Shown here one piece after another: positions 14,900-24,900 of a stretch of DNA of 28,915 nt. The notes beneath the pieces are model-generated. The model was not told where the DNA came from. It was given only the letters and a program-made list of their open reading frames with translations, and did no database searches. Origin of the DNA: a virus (taxonomy: Duplodnaviria > Caudoviricetes); the IMG/VR virus record IMGVR_UViG_3300017747_000976, positions 1 to 28,915 of that record; one strand, written 5' to 3'. Position 1 is the stretch's first letter; each line of letters opens with the position of its first letter. A program made the position numbers and the translations under genes.

Positions 14900-16804
14900 A
14901 TGTCAAATTACCTTCCAACAGACTATCAGAATTTCATTGCTTTATCTCGCTACGCTCGCTGGCTACCTGAACAGAATCGTAGAGAGAGTTGGTCTGAAAC
15001 GGTAAAGCGGTACATTGATAATGTTGTCCGCCGTGTAATTTCGGATGACGAAAAGACGATCAATACTCTAGAGAAAATGATCCTTAATCTGGAAGTCATG
15101 CCCTCTATGCGTATGATGATGACGGCTGGCTCTGCGCTGGACAGGGATAACACCTGTGCCTACAACTGTTCTTACATGCCTATCGACGATCCTAAAGCCT
15201 TCGACGAGGCTATGATGATCTTGCTGTGTGGGACGGGTGTTGGCTACAGTGTAGAATCTAAGTATACGAATAAGCTACCAGAAATCCCTGAAAAACTCTT
15301 CGTCTCAGAAGATGTTATTAAGGTGCATGATTCTAAGGAAGGATGGGCCAAAGCCTTCCGTAAACTACTGGCAATGCTCTATAGCGGCGAAATCCCTAAA
15401 TGGGATGTGTCTGGCGTCCGTCCTTCGGGTGCCCGCCTAAAGACTTTCGGTGGCCGTGCGTCAGGTCCTGAGCCTCTTGTAGAGCTATTCAAGTTCTGTG
15501 TTGAAACCTTTAAGAAAGCCGCTGGCCGCAAGCTCAGTACTCTTGAGTGTCATGACATTATGTGTAAGGTGGCAGATATTGTAGTGTCTGGGGGTGTTCG
15601 TCGTTCGGCAATGATCAGCCTATCCGATCTTCAGGACGATCATATGCGCCGCGCTAAAAGCGGTGAATGGTGGACCTATTCTCCGCATCGCGCCCTTGCC
15701 AATAACTCGGCTATCTACGAGGAAAAGCCAGATACAGAGACTTTCATGCGCGAGTGGCTGTCTCTTGTAGAAAGCAAGTCTGGCGAACGCGGTATCTTTG
15801 CCCGCTATGCAGCAATCAAGCATGCTGAAAAGAATGGCCGTAGAGACACAGATTATGAGTTTGGCACCAACCCCTGCAGCGAGATCATTCTCCGCCCCTA
15901 TCAGTTCTGTAATCTAACTGAGGTGGTTGTTCGTCACTCAGATACAGAAGAGAGCCTAAAGAAAAAGGTATGGGCAGCTACTGTTTTGGGAACCATCCAG
16001 TCTACCTTCACAAACTTCCCCTATCTGCGTAAGATTTGGAAGCGGAATACCGAAGAGGAACGGTTGCTAGGCGTCTCTCTGACCGGCATTATGGACGCAC
16101 CTATCACCAATAATCCTTCTGCTGAACTTCTTCGCGCCTTACGCGACCATGCCGTAGAAGTAAACAAAGAATGGGCTGCCAAACTTGGTATTCCTCAGTC
16201 TACAGCCGTTACCTGCTGCAAGCCGTCAGGCACGGTCAGCCAGCTAACAGACGCCTCCAGCGGCATTCATGCCCGCCATAGCCCCTACTATGTTCGCACA
16301 GTTCGCTGTGACATTAAAGACCCACTAACCAAACTAATGGCTGATGCTGGTATTCCTAACGAGCCAGAGAAGTTCCATCCTGACAGGGTTGTAGTTTTCT
16401 CCTTTCCAATGAAGGCTCCCAAAGGGGCGGTTACTAGAAATGACATGACTGCCATCGAGCAGCTAGAGATGTGGAAGACTTACGCCTTGAACTGGACGGA
16501 ACACAAACCCTCTGTCACAATCTCCGTAAGGGACCACGAGTGGGTTGCCGTAGGTGCTTGGGTATACGAGAACTTTGATATTTGTTCTGGTATTTCCTTC
16601 CTGCCACACTCGGATCATATCTACGATCAAGCCCCCTATCAGGACTGCACAGAAGAGGACTACCAAAACCTAGCCGCTAAGATGCCCGCAAGTGTTGATT
16701 GGTCGCGTATTTCCCAGTATGAGAACCAAGACAACACGACAGGAAGCCAGCAGCTTGCCTGCACGGCTGGCGTCTGTGAAGTCGTAGACCTAGTTCAAGG
16801 ATAA
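14900..16804 (+). CDS. nrdJ: class II (adenosylcobalamin-dependent) ribonucleotide reductase
   Basis: PSMR, YNC, GTGVG, GGVRRSA, GTNPCSEI (thiyl Cys), FCNL, KPSGT, C-terminal ACTAGVCE. No adjacent beta subunit gene. Confidence 0.9.
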   Translation: MSNYLPTDYQNFIALSRYARWLPEQNRRESWSETVKRYIDNVVRRVISDDEKTINTLEKMILNLEVMPSMRMMMTAGSALDRDNTCAYNCSYMPIDDPKAFDEAMMILLCGTGVGYSVESKYTNKLPEIPEKLFVSEDVIKVHDSKEGWAKAFRKLLAMLYSGEIPKWDVSGVRPSGARLKTFGGRASGPEPLVELFKFCVETFKKAAGRKLSTLECHDIMCKVADIVVSGGVRRSAMISLSDLQDDHMRRAKSGEWWTYSPHRALANNSAIYEEKPDTETFMREWLSLVESKSGERGIFARYAAIKHAEKNGRRDTDYEFGTNPCSEIILRPYQFCNLTEVVVRHSDTEESLKKKVWAATVLGTIQSTFTNFPYLRKIWKRNTEEERLLGVSLTGIMDAPITNNPSAELLRALRDHAVEVNKEWAAKLGIPQSTAVTCCKPSGTVSQLTDASSGIHARHSPYYVRTVRCDIKDPLTKLMADAGIPNEPEKFHPDRVVVFSFPMKAPKGAVTRNDMTAIEQLEMWKTYALNWTEHKPSVTISVRDHEWVAVGAWVYENFDICSGISFLPHSDHIYDQAPYQDCTEEDYQNLAAKMPASVDWSRISQYENQDNTTGSQQLACTAGVCEVVDLVQG

Positions 16805-16809
16805 TAGCC

Positions 16810-17076
16810 GTGAAAATCGAAATTCCCGCTAATTTTAAAGAAGAGGTCGTACTTGCCTCTCTGGAAGAATGTCTAACTGATGTAACGAAAACTCTGTCAG
16901 ACCTTAAAGAAAAGGGTAAAAAGAGAAAACTTACAAAGATCGAGAAAGAAGATGTCAAATACTTTACCGATCTTTTTAAGGCCCTGCTAGTGGTTCTTAG
17001 CTACTACCTTCCTCAAGATGAGGCGAGTAAACTTATAAAGGCTTGTAGTGAAATTGCGGGTGTAGCTCAACGGTAG
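16810..17076 (+). CDS. hypothetical protein (3' end overlaps the tRNA)
   Basis: SD AAGGA, GTG start. Confidence 0.6.
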   Translation: MKIEIPANFKEEVVLASLEECLTDVTKTLSDLKEKGKKRKLTKIEKEDVKYFTDLFKALLVVLSYYLPQDEASKLIKACSEIAGVAQR

Positions 17077-17129
17077 AGTTCTAGCCTTCCAAGCTAGCTG
17101 TAGGGGTTCGATTCCCCTTACCCGCTCCA
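17056..17129 (+). tRNA. tRNA-Gly (anticodon TCC), CCA encoded
   Basis: Acceptor GCGGGTG/TACCCGC, D-arm GCTC..GAGT, anticodon arm CTAGC-CTTCCAA-GCTAG, T-arm AGGGG-TTCGATT-CCCCT, 3' TCCA. Confidence 0.95.
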
Positions 17130-17142
17130 AATTAAAAAGTAC

Positions 17143-17172
17143 TTGACTAACCTGTAAATCCCGTAGTATAAT
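17143..17172 (+). promoter_or_regulatory. sigma70-type promoter of the glycosylation module
   Basis: TTGACT-N18-TATAAT, A-rich upstream, SD AGGA before ATG 17197. Confidence 0.7.
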
Positions 17173-17196
17173 TTACTAAAATAACAGGAAAGAACT

Positions 17197-17958
17197 ATGT
17201 TCAACAAACTTCCGACTATCTACATTGGCTATGATCCTACTGAAGAACTGTACTGCCATGTTCTGAAGAAGTCTATCGAAAGCCATACCAAAACCCCCTA
17301 TAATATTGTGCCTATTGTTCAGTCGGAGGTTCGCAGAGCCGGTCTCTATTGGCGTTCGGGAGAGCTAACAGAGACTGGCGTTGTCGATACTTTCGATAGG
17401 AAGCCCTTCTCTACAGAGTTTAGCTTTACTCGCTTTCTGGTCCCTATGCTAAACCAGTATAGCGGACTAGCCTTGTTCATGGACTGCGATATGTTTGTCC
17501 GTTCCGATATCGATGAAATCTTCGATACGGCAGGAGCGAACAGCAGCGTAGCTATTAGCTGCGTTAAACATGACTACCACCCATCCGACACATCCAAGAT
17601 GGGGGGTAAGGTTCAAACAGTTTACTCCAGAAAGAACTGGTCATCTTTTGTCTTATGGAACTGTGATCATCCTGCGACTAAAGAACTGACCGTTGGCGAT
17701 GTTAACACGAAGTCAGGTTCGTGGCTACACTCTTTCTATTGGCTAGAGTCCGAGCATATCGGTTCTATCAGCCATGAGTGGAACTGGCTTGATGGGCATA
17801 GCCCCGAGAACGTAGAGGCTAAGAATGTACATTTCACAACCGGCGGTCCAATTTATAAAGATTGGAAGCCTTCACGCAACATCGATTCTAAATATGTCAA
17901 AGAGTGGAAAGACTTTTATTTAGGACATTTAAAGGTAGAAAAAAAGAAATATGATTAA
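17197..17958 (+). CDS. GT-A fold glycosyltransferase (GT8-like)
   Basis: IYIGYD, STEFSFTRFLVP, ALFMDCDM (DxD), RKNWSS...WNC.H, EWNWL, VHFT.GGP. Confidence 0.85.
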   Translation: MFNKLPTIYIGYDPTEELYCHVLKKSIESHTKTPYNIVPIVQSEVRRAGLYWRSGELTETGVVDTFDRKPFSTEFSFTRFLVPMLNQYSGLALFMDCDMFVRSDIDEIFDTAGANSSVAISCVKHDYHPSDTSKMGGKVQTVYSRKNWSSFVLWNCDHPATKELTVGDVNTKSGSWLHSFYWLESEHIGSISHEWNWLDGHSPENVEAKNVHFTTGGPIYKDWKPSRNIDSKYVKEWKDFYLGHLKVEKKKYD

Positions 17959-20239
17959 TGTTGTAACTTCATTTAGTTCAGACGGATATAAAACTTACGC
18001 CAAGAATATGCTCCTTTCAGTCATTAAGAACTGGAAGAATGATTTAAAACTAACAGCATATTATCATGACTTTCCAGAAGACTTGATAAAAGACCTTCCT
18101 AAATCTCCACTTATTGAATATCGTAATCTAAACGATATCAAAGATATGCTAGACTATCGAGAGCGTATGAAGCAGTATGACGGTACTATGGGAGGAAAGA
18201 CCCCGTACAACTGGCGTATGGACGCTATCAAATGGTGCCACAAAGTCTATGCTATGACAGACTGTGCGTTCCGTCTAGCAGACGAGAAGAAGAAGGCAGG
18301 ATGGCTTGTCTGGCTGGATGCCGATACCGTAACAACAAAGCCTCTTTCAGCAGAGCGCCTAGCGCCCTTCCTACCCGAGAAAGCAGAGCTAGCTTATTTA
18401 GGGCGAAAAGATGTAGACTACAGTGAAACTTCTTTTGTAGGTTTCAATCTTAGTAAAGAATCTCCTCTACTTCTTCTGGGCGATCTTCGAGGATGCTATG
18501 ACATTGGAGAAGTTATCTCTTACAGAGAGTGGCACGATGGCTTTATCTTTGATCGTCTACTAAAGATTTATATGGCTCATGGGCTACTTGTCCATAATCT
18601 AACACCCAATGTTACTGGCCTAGCGGCATTCCAACAGTCTCCTCTTGCCCAGTATATGACACACTTCAAGGGCAATCTTAAGAACCCCATTCCAGATAGT
18701 GTAGCTCCTGACGTAAACCTACCAAGATATAAGCAGTTGGCTACACTTGTACGTACCTATGCTAAAAATAAGATTGTGGAAGTGGGTACATGGAATGGTG
18801 GTAGAGCCATTGAAATGTCCCTAGCGGCCTTCGAGAAGCATAACAAAGTTCACTATGTAGGCTTTGATCTTTTCGAGGAAGCCACAGCAGAATCGGATAA
18901 AGTAGAACTTAATTCTAAAAGACATAATACTTTTACATCTGTTAAGAACCGTCTCTCTGAGTTCGGAGAGAAGATGAAGGCGCAAGGCAAAACATTTACA
19001 TTTGAGTTATACAAGGGTGACTCTAAGAAGACCCTACAGAAGGCTAAGAAATCTCTTCAGAATGTTTCCTTTGCTTATATCGATGGTGGACATAGTGAAG
19101 AAACGGTACGAAGTGACTATAAGTATTTAAAGCATTCGCCAATCGTCGTCTTTGACGATTACTTCTCAAAAGACATTGATGGGAATATTCTCGGTGAAGA
19201 ACATCAAGGAACTAACAGATTATTTGAGGAGCTTAAGGCTAATAAGAAGGCTAAACAAACGTGCATCGTTCTACCGTCTAACGATAGAGTGCAAGGTGGT
19301 GGAATTACGCATCTGGCTGTGTATGTTCAAGATACTGCGCTCCCGCCTCTACCGCAAGAACTTCTAAGGATTCCTATTGTTGTACGCCCTAAGGATTGTA
19401 TGCCAAAGGACTACATTATCAACAATATTAATGAGAACATTAAACTCATTAAGAAGTGGGGAATTGCTCGCAACTGTAATCCAAATCCAGAACATGCGAT
19501 CATTGTATCGGCAGGACCTTCTCTAGACTACGATGAGCTACGTCGCGTTATTAAAGAAACTAAGGGCGTTGTTCTATCTGTCAAGCACAGTTATCCGCAC
19601 CTTCTAAAAGAGAAAATCCCTCAGTGGGGCTGCATCATTCTAGACCCCCGTACAATTGACGGAGTGTCTACTCATGGCATTGTACGCAAAGAACTCTTTG
19701 CTAAGGTAGACAAGAAGACTAACTTCTTTGTAGCCTCTATGACCGATCCTTCCGTTACTAAATATCTGATGGAACGGACGGATAATGTACATGGCTGGCA
19801 TGCCTACTCGGAAGCTATTCGAGAAGCATCGAAAGACCCCAGAACATTTGCCATTGACAGCAAGGCGAAGCTATCTAAGGACACCACCTTCGTTACAGGT
19901 GGAACCTGTGCGGCTATGCGTGGGGTTGGTCTTATGCACATTCTAGGCTTTAGAAACTTCCATCTATTCGGATTTGACTGCAATATTCCGAAGATGACTG
20001 CTAAGATGAAGGAGGAGAAGCTAGACGGCAAGCCTAAACATATGCCTGTAGAAACGAACGGTAAGAAGTTCTGGACAACAGGAGAGCTTCTAGCTATGGC
20101 ACAAGACTGTGAACGCTTATTCAACAATGCTCAGGTTGATGCTAACATTCAAGTATATGGAAGAAATACGTTAGTGCATGAAGTCTTTAGAAACTCGCAC
20201 CACGCAAAACTTCCCTACTATCTTGATTACTTTAAGTAA
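17951..20239 (+). CDS. three-domain protein: GT-A-like transferase, class I SAM methyltransferase, Maf/DUF115 (MptE-like) domain
   Basis: N-terminal VVTSF...HKVYA...WLDAD...ETSF...EWHD...H.KG. Middle VEVGTWNG, GFDLFE, KGDS, IDGGHS, VFDDY. C-terminal IIVSAGPSL, DPR, FFVASM, GGT.AA, LGFRNFHLFGFDC. Confidence 0.75.
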   Translation: MINVVTSFSSDGYKTYAKNMLLSVIKNWKNDLKLTAYYHDFPEDLIKDLPKSPLIEYRNLNDIKDMLDYRERMKQYDGTMGGKTPYNWRMDAIKWCHKVYAMTDCAFRLADEKKKAGWLVWLDADTVTTKPLSAERLAPFLPEKAELAYLGRKDVDYSETSFVGFNLSKESPLLLLGDLRGCYDIGEVISYREWHDGFIFDRLLKIYMAHGLLVHNLTPNVTGLAAFQQSPLAQYMTHFKGNLKNPIPDSVAPDVNLPRYKQLATLVRTYAKNKIVEVGTWNGGRAIEMSLAAFEKHNKVHYVGFDLFEEATAESDKVELNSKRHNTFTSVKNRLSEFGEKMKAQGKTFTFELYKGDSKKTLQKAKKSLQNVSFAYIDGGHSEETVRSDYKYLKHSPIVVFDDYFSKDIDGNILGEEHQGTNRLFEELKANKKAKQTCIVLPSNDRVQGGGITHLAVYVQDTALPPLPQELLRIPIVVRPKDCMPKDYIINNINENIKLIKKWGIARNCNPNPEHAIIVSAGPSLDYDELRRVIKETKGVVLSVKHSYPHLLKEKIPQWGCIILDPRTIDGVSTHGIVRKELFAKVDKKTNFFVASMTDPSVTKYLMERTDNVHGWHAYSEAIREASKDPRTFAIDSKAKLSKDTTFVTGGTCAAMRGVGLMHILGFRNFHLFGFDCNIPKMTAKMKEEKLDGKPKHMPVETNGKKFWTTGELLAMAQDCERLFNNAQVDANIQVYGRNTLVHEVFRNSHHAKLPYYLDYFK

Positions 20240-20244
20240 GTAGT

Positions 20245-20802
20245 ATGAAAAACAAAAGGCCAGAAGTCGGTTTACTAGAGAAGCATGAGAAGTTTGCTCA
20301 AGCTTATGTTATCTATCGTAATGCGACGGAGGCTGCTAAGGTAGCTGGCTATTCTCCAACTTCTGCCCATAATCAGGGCTGCCGCTTGGCTAACGATCCT
20401 CGTATTAAGAACAGGATCGAGGAGTTGGAGAAAGAGCTTGAGACCCGTATTAATGTTATTGAGGAGATCGAGCAGCAGTATGTAGCGGCTAAACAGAACA
20501 ATCATACCAATACTGCGCTAAAGGCCCTAGAGCTTCTCTCTAAAGTCAATACGAAAAAAGAAGAGATTGTTCCATCTACTATTCTGGAACTTGAGGCGGA
20601 TATTGTTAAGTATCTTGAGATTTTGGGGGAAGAGAGAGCAAGTAAGATATTCTTAGAATGCTCTTGGTTTAAGGGGGTAGAACAAGAAGAAACGGAGGAT
20701 GCCGATATTACTACCGACGATCCTCCGTCAGATGAAGAAGACCTTGAAGATTCAGGTCTTTCCCCTTCCCCACCTATTCCTTCTTCTGGCTCGCGGCAAT
20801 AA
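20245..20802 (+). CDS. terminase small subunit-like HTH protein
   Basis: EKFAQAY....NATEAA..AGYS..SA..QG.RL...P.I..RI, ALKALELL. Confidence 0.8.
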   Translation: MKNKRPEVGLLEKHEKFAQAYVIYRNATEAAKVAGYSPTSAHNQGCRLANDPRIKNRIEELEKELETRINVIEEIEQQYVAAKQNNHTNTALKALELLSKVNTKKEEIVPSTILELEADIVKYLEILGEERASKIFLECSWFKGVEQEETEDADITTDDPPSDEEDLEDSGLSPSPPIPSSGSRQ

Positions 20803-21304
20803 TCTTATTCTTTTCTGCACTACCTGAGCTACTACCAAAGTAGTAGGAAACTACTGTACTAGCAGTACCCCCAAGCCAGCCGATAGCAATGTTGATAAAG
20901 CCAATATCAGCCATACGTGCCTGTGGCAGAAATGTTACAAGGCCAATGTAGGAAAAGAAAGACACGAGAGTAATGAAGCCTAGAATGGCTGGCATTCTAT
21001 CTTTAAGGGCTATCTCTCGTTGTCTGGCTGAATCCCTGTCCCCAGCAGAAATACGCTCTAGATCGATGTCTAGGGCCTTCATTTGTACCTTAAAATCAGC
21101 ATCTACTTTCTTAAGAGCCGCTAGCTGTTCTGGCGTAGCGTTGGCTAGGGCTGCCGACATCTCTTCCTCAGAACCGTCTGGCCTGCCCAGTAGAGCTTCA
21201 CTGAGAGCCTTTGCCGCCATGCCGCCTAAAGGACCACCCAAAGCCGTCCCTAATGCGGGGGCTACAATGCCTAATACATCTTTTGCTAGCTTACCTAAGT
21301 CCAT
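20774..21304 (-). CDS. holin-like membrane protein (3TM / GTA-holin type)
   Basis: VAPALGTALGGPLGG, DRDSARQRE, two hydrophobic helices, VVSYYFGSS. Adjacent to the endolysin. Confidence 0.75.
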   Translation of the reverse strand: MDLGKLAKDVLGIVAPALGTALGGPLGGMAAKALSEALLGRPDGSEEEMSAALANATPEQLAALKKVDADFKVQMKALDIDLERISAGDRDSARQREIALKDRMPAILGFITLVSFFSYIGLVTFLPQARMADIGFINIAIGWLGGTASTVVSYYFGSSSGSAEKNKIIAASQKKE

Positions 21305-21694
21305 TTAATAACTCCATATTGTAGGTCTTAATACCGAAGAACTACTTTCCATAGTATCCAGATGAATAAATCTTTTAGCTGGACCACCCTTCTGGGACAC
21401 ACCAATGCCGGTAAAGCCTAGCTGGAGAGCTAGGTGTACGATCCTGTAGGCGTCTGTGCCATACACAAGGATATCCACAGCCTTACCATAGATATGAGGG
21501 GATTGAGGAGCGCCACCAACAGAGGCGTTATGTTCCTTACTTCTATAGGCAGAAGAGAGAGTAATTGGTTTACCATACTGTTTTCTAAGCTGGAGGAGCT
21601 TCTGCATGAAAGCTTCGTCCATAGCGCATTCTCCAGAGGCTTTGCACTTCAGTTCGTCTCTGCTGAAGAACTCCCAACTACCTTGTTCCGGCAT
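21305..21694 (-). CDS. peptidase M15A endolysin
   Basis: FS..E..C, LR...G.P....SAYR...HN..VGG...S.H..G.AVDI, FIHLD. Confidence 0.9.
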   Translation of the reverse strand: MPEQGSWEFFSRDELKCKASGECAMDEAFMQKLLQLRKQYGKPITLSSAYRSKEHNASVGGAPQSPHIYGKAVDILVYGTDAYRIVHLALQLGFTGIGVSQKGGPAKRFIHLDTMESSSSVLRPTIWSY

Positions 21695-21935
21695 CTACAA
21701 TTCTTTCTAATAGCTTATCAAGCTTACTATCCAGACGATCAAGACGATCTAGAAGCTTCTCCATGTCCCGATCTACATCGATCTTAAGAGCATACTCTCG
21801 TGCCATCTCTTCTCTAGTAATTGAAATGATCTTCTTAGTGTCGGAAATCTCAGAGTTAACGCCCCTAACCCACCACACGATAAGTCCGGCTACACCACTA
21901 AGAATTAAATTCCAAATTAAATTGATATCTGGCAC
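21678..21935 (-). CDS. small protein with N-terminal transmembrane helix and coiled coil
   Basis: GTG start, hydrophobic N-terminus, TREE.AREY, LDRLDSKLDKL. Confidence 0.7.
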   Translation of the reverse strand: MPDINLIWNLILSGVAGLIVWWVRGVNSEISDTKKIISITREEMAREYALKIDVDRDMEKLLDRLDRLDSKLDKLLERIVDAGTR

Positions 21936-21937
21936 GA

Positions 21938-24900
21938 CTATTCACCCCTATCTTTAATTTTTGTTAATGGTGTCTTTTTCAAATCACTATACAAATCAAT
22001 ATAATTTTTAAAATCGTATTGCGGGTTTAGTGTTCTAACCATATTTATCGTATCTTCAGATAGCTCAAAGGGTGAATACATATCATTGTAAGCAGCCCTA
22101 ATTTCGTCTATCTGCTTTCTATTCAACTTGTCTAAAGGATATCTTCCCTGTCTAGAAAAACCTCTAGCAATGTCTTCTTCTGTAAGTCCCAGCCTCTTAA
22201 ACATTTCTGTATATTCTTTTAAAAGTAACTTTTTATCTACGTCCTTTTTAAAGTCACGCTTAAGAATTTTGTCAACTTCTGGGAAGTCTTCTGGTAAAAG
22301 GTTTCTACGAGTAATAGCTTCTTTAAACTTATCACCGGACGTATCAATGTCTTTTAAGATGGGCTGTAAGATGCTTCTCGTATTTGAAGTTAAATCTAAC
22401 GTATTCTTTTTTACTCCGGCAATATCTAAAAATAAATTTGGATTTAAGGCGCTATCGTAGTCGCTAATCTCCCTACCGGTTCTTTCCATGAAGACGGCCT
22501 CCGAAAGGGGAACACCTAGTTGCTTTGCTTTAGCTTCTTCAAACTGATATCTTTTTGTAAGTAATGACGCAAATCCCGGATCAAATACAGCGCCCAATGT
22601 AGCAGCGCCCTGTACTAGAGGTGCGTCAGGATCAATATCAAAAGCACGAGCAATTCCTTTGATGGTTGCTCCTAAGGCCGTACTTTCAGGATATATTTTT
22701 AATTGCTCAGGATCACCTGAAGACATTGCTATTAAACCTTCAGTAAGCATGGACGTACCAACATAAGGAGATACAACTCTATCAAGCATAGAAAGAGCCG
22801 CTTGTTGGGTTATTTTTTCTGTGTCAGGAGTTTTTCCTGAAAGGTTTCCTATAGTTGAGTGTAATGCTTTAGCTGCTAGCCTAATACTTTCAAATGGGTT
22901 TACTGCGCCAAGCATAACTCTTTCAACTTCCTTTGTACCCCTCTCCTTATTTTCTTTAATAGGGCTTAGGAAAATTTGATTAGTACCTTTAAAGTAAGGC
23001 TTATCAACAGCTTTAATGGCTTCTAGTTGTTCATCAGTAATCCCATAAATTTGAGCCGATACGCTTTCAAGAATGTCGGGCAAAAGACCACCAACAAATG
23101 TAGTACCCGCTAGTCTTTTTAAAGCAGCGGCACGAAGTACCTGATTACCGCTTGCTAAATCATCTAAACTATACTTGACTAAATTTTTAGAAATTCTAAC
23201 CATTTCAGCAGCAAAGCCGACAAAGCTGCCGATAGGCGCAGCGCGGAGAGCCTGAATAGCTTTAGACAGCATAAAGTAGTTAGGCATCAAGTCCCTTGTT
23301 CTCTGCGCCGCCATATCAGCTATTTCTTTTTGTGTCAGATTCGGAAAAGCACTTCTAAGATAGTCCTTTGTTCTTTCGTAATGAACAATTTTAAAAAGAC
23401 TATCTTCCCCTTCATATAGTTTTGTAATTTTGTTATTTGTAAGTGTATTTGTAAATTTAGAAATATCTGAAACACTTTGTAAATTTCTTCTCATTGTGTT
23501 TGTCTGCACACTAGAGGATACTACACCAGCCCTTTCTAGTTCTCCAAGATACATACCTAAGTCTTTATTTGACATCCCTTTTAACTTGGAAAAAACTGCT
23601 TGGAAAGCTGGACTAAATCCTTTTCCAAAAAATGGGTTCATACCGTTAGCCGCGAGTAGAGCCATGTTGCCGATTATGTTGTTTCCATGCGTTCCCGGAT
23701 TATAAGCCGTTTTAGCTAATTGTGATGCACCCTTTGCTGCTGCAAAGACATTGAGAAAGGAAGGTAGGTTATCGTAGTTATTGAAATCCTTTAGAGCATC
23801 ATAGTAATTAGGATCAATATAGATACTCCTTGCTATGGGGTTTTGAATATATTTTTCAGCAGCTTGTGGCGAGAAAATTCCCTTAGCATGTTCTAAAGCT
23901 AGGCTCCTTAAGTCTCCACGACCCTGTGCGGCGCTTTGTCTAATAACCTGATTTGTCCCAACAAAGTGATTTGCAATATCGGACATAAAATCATGTTCCG
24001 CTTTCATTTCTGCTAGCTTAACATAAGTTTTGGTGTAGTTTACAAAGGGGTCTTTAACTTCTCCCCATAATGCTCTAATGGCTGGATCAATATTTTGTCT
24101 TTTCATAGCAGATTTAGCTGTTCCAGCAAACGCACCACCACCCACCTTTCCTGTTAAAATATCAAAAAAGGCATCTTTTTCTTTATTATTAACAAAAGCT
24201 AATTCAGAAAGTTTATCGAGAATTTCATCAGAAGTTGCATTAGGGAATTTAGCTCTCAAAACATTTGCTACATTATCTAAGTTCTGTTGCATTTCTGGAT
24301 CAGATAAATTTTTACCCATACGGTAATCTTCAAACGCTTCTTTAACTTTTGAAGAATAGTCTAGATCATCATAAATTTTATATGATCTAGTTAAAACAAC
24401 GTCATTGTTAAGAAACTTATAACTTAATGCACCTTTAAAAACATTGTTACCAAGATGGTCAGAGAACCTTCTTTTGTTATCTACCATTTCTTGAACAATG
24501 CTACGCATTTCTGGGCTTAGAGAACCAATTGCAGCAGAATCTCCAGCTAGAGCCAGATTTAAAAGTTCTTCTCTTTGATCTGTGGGTAGAGCAGCAAGGG
24601 GGGTGTTTCTTGCCTTAACTTCTTTTTCAACAATTTTTTTTAGGTCATCAGCATATCCGTTCGCTTCTTCTAAAGCCGCACGAGCTTCGTTGTCCCTTTT
24701 TAGAACAATATTAAGAGCGCCGTCATCTAATCCTCTTCTAGACGAGAAGTACTTACTTCCTAATTTAGAAACTGTTTGTCCAACCTTTGTTCTATCAAAA
24801 AGCTTTTTGGCTCCCAGAAGACCTGCGAAGCCGCCAGCAAAAGCTGTCTCATACCCCAGATTTTTTAAAAGTTCATCCGCATACATTTGAAGTTGTGGGT

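Noticed and set aside
17056-17129. tRNA as a prophage attachment site or host boundary
   Set aside because: Phage genes continue on both sides, and no integrase or duplicated tRNA 3' end is seen in the window.
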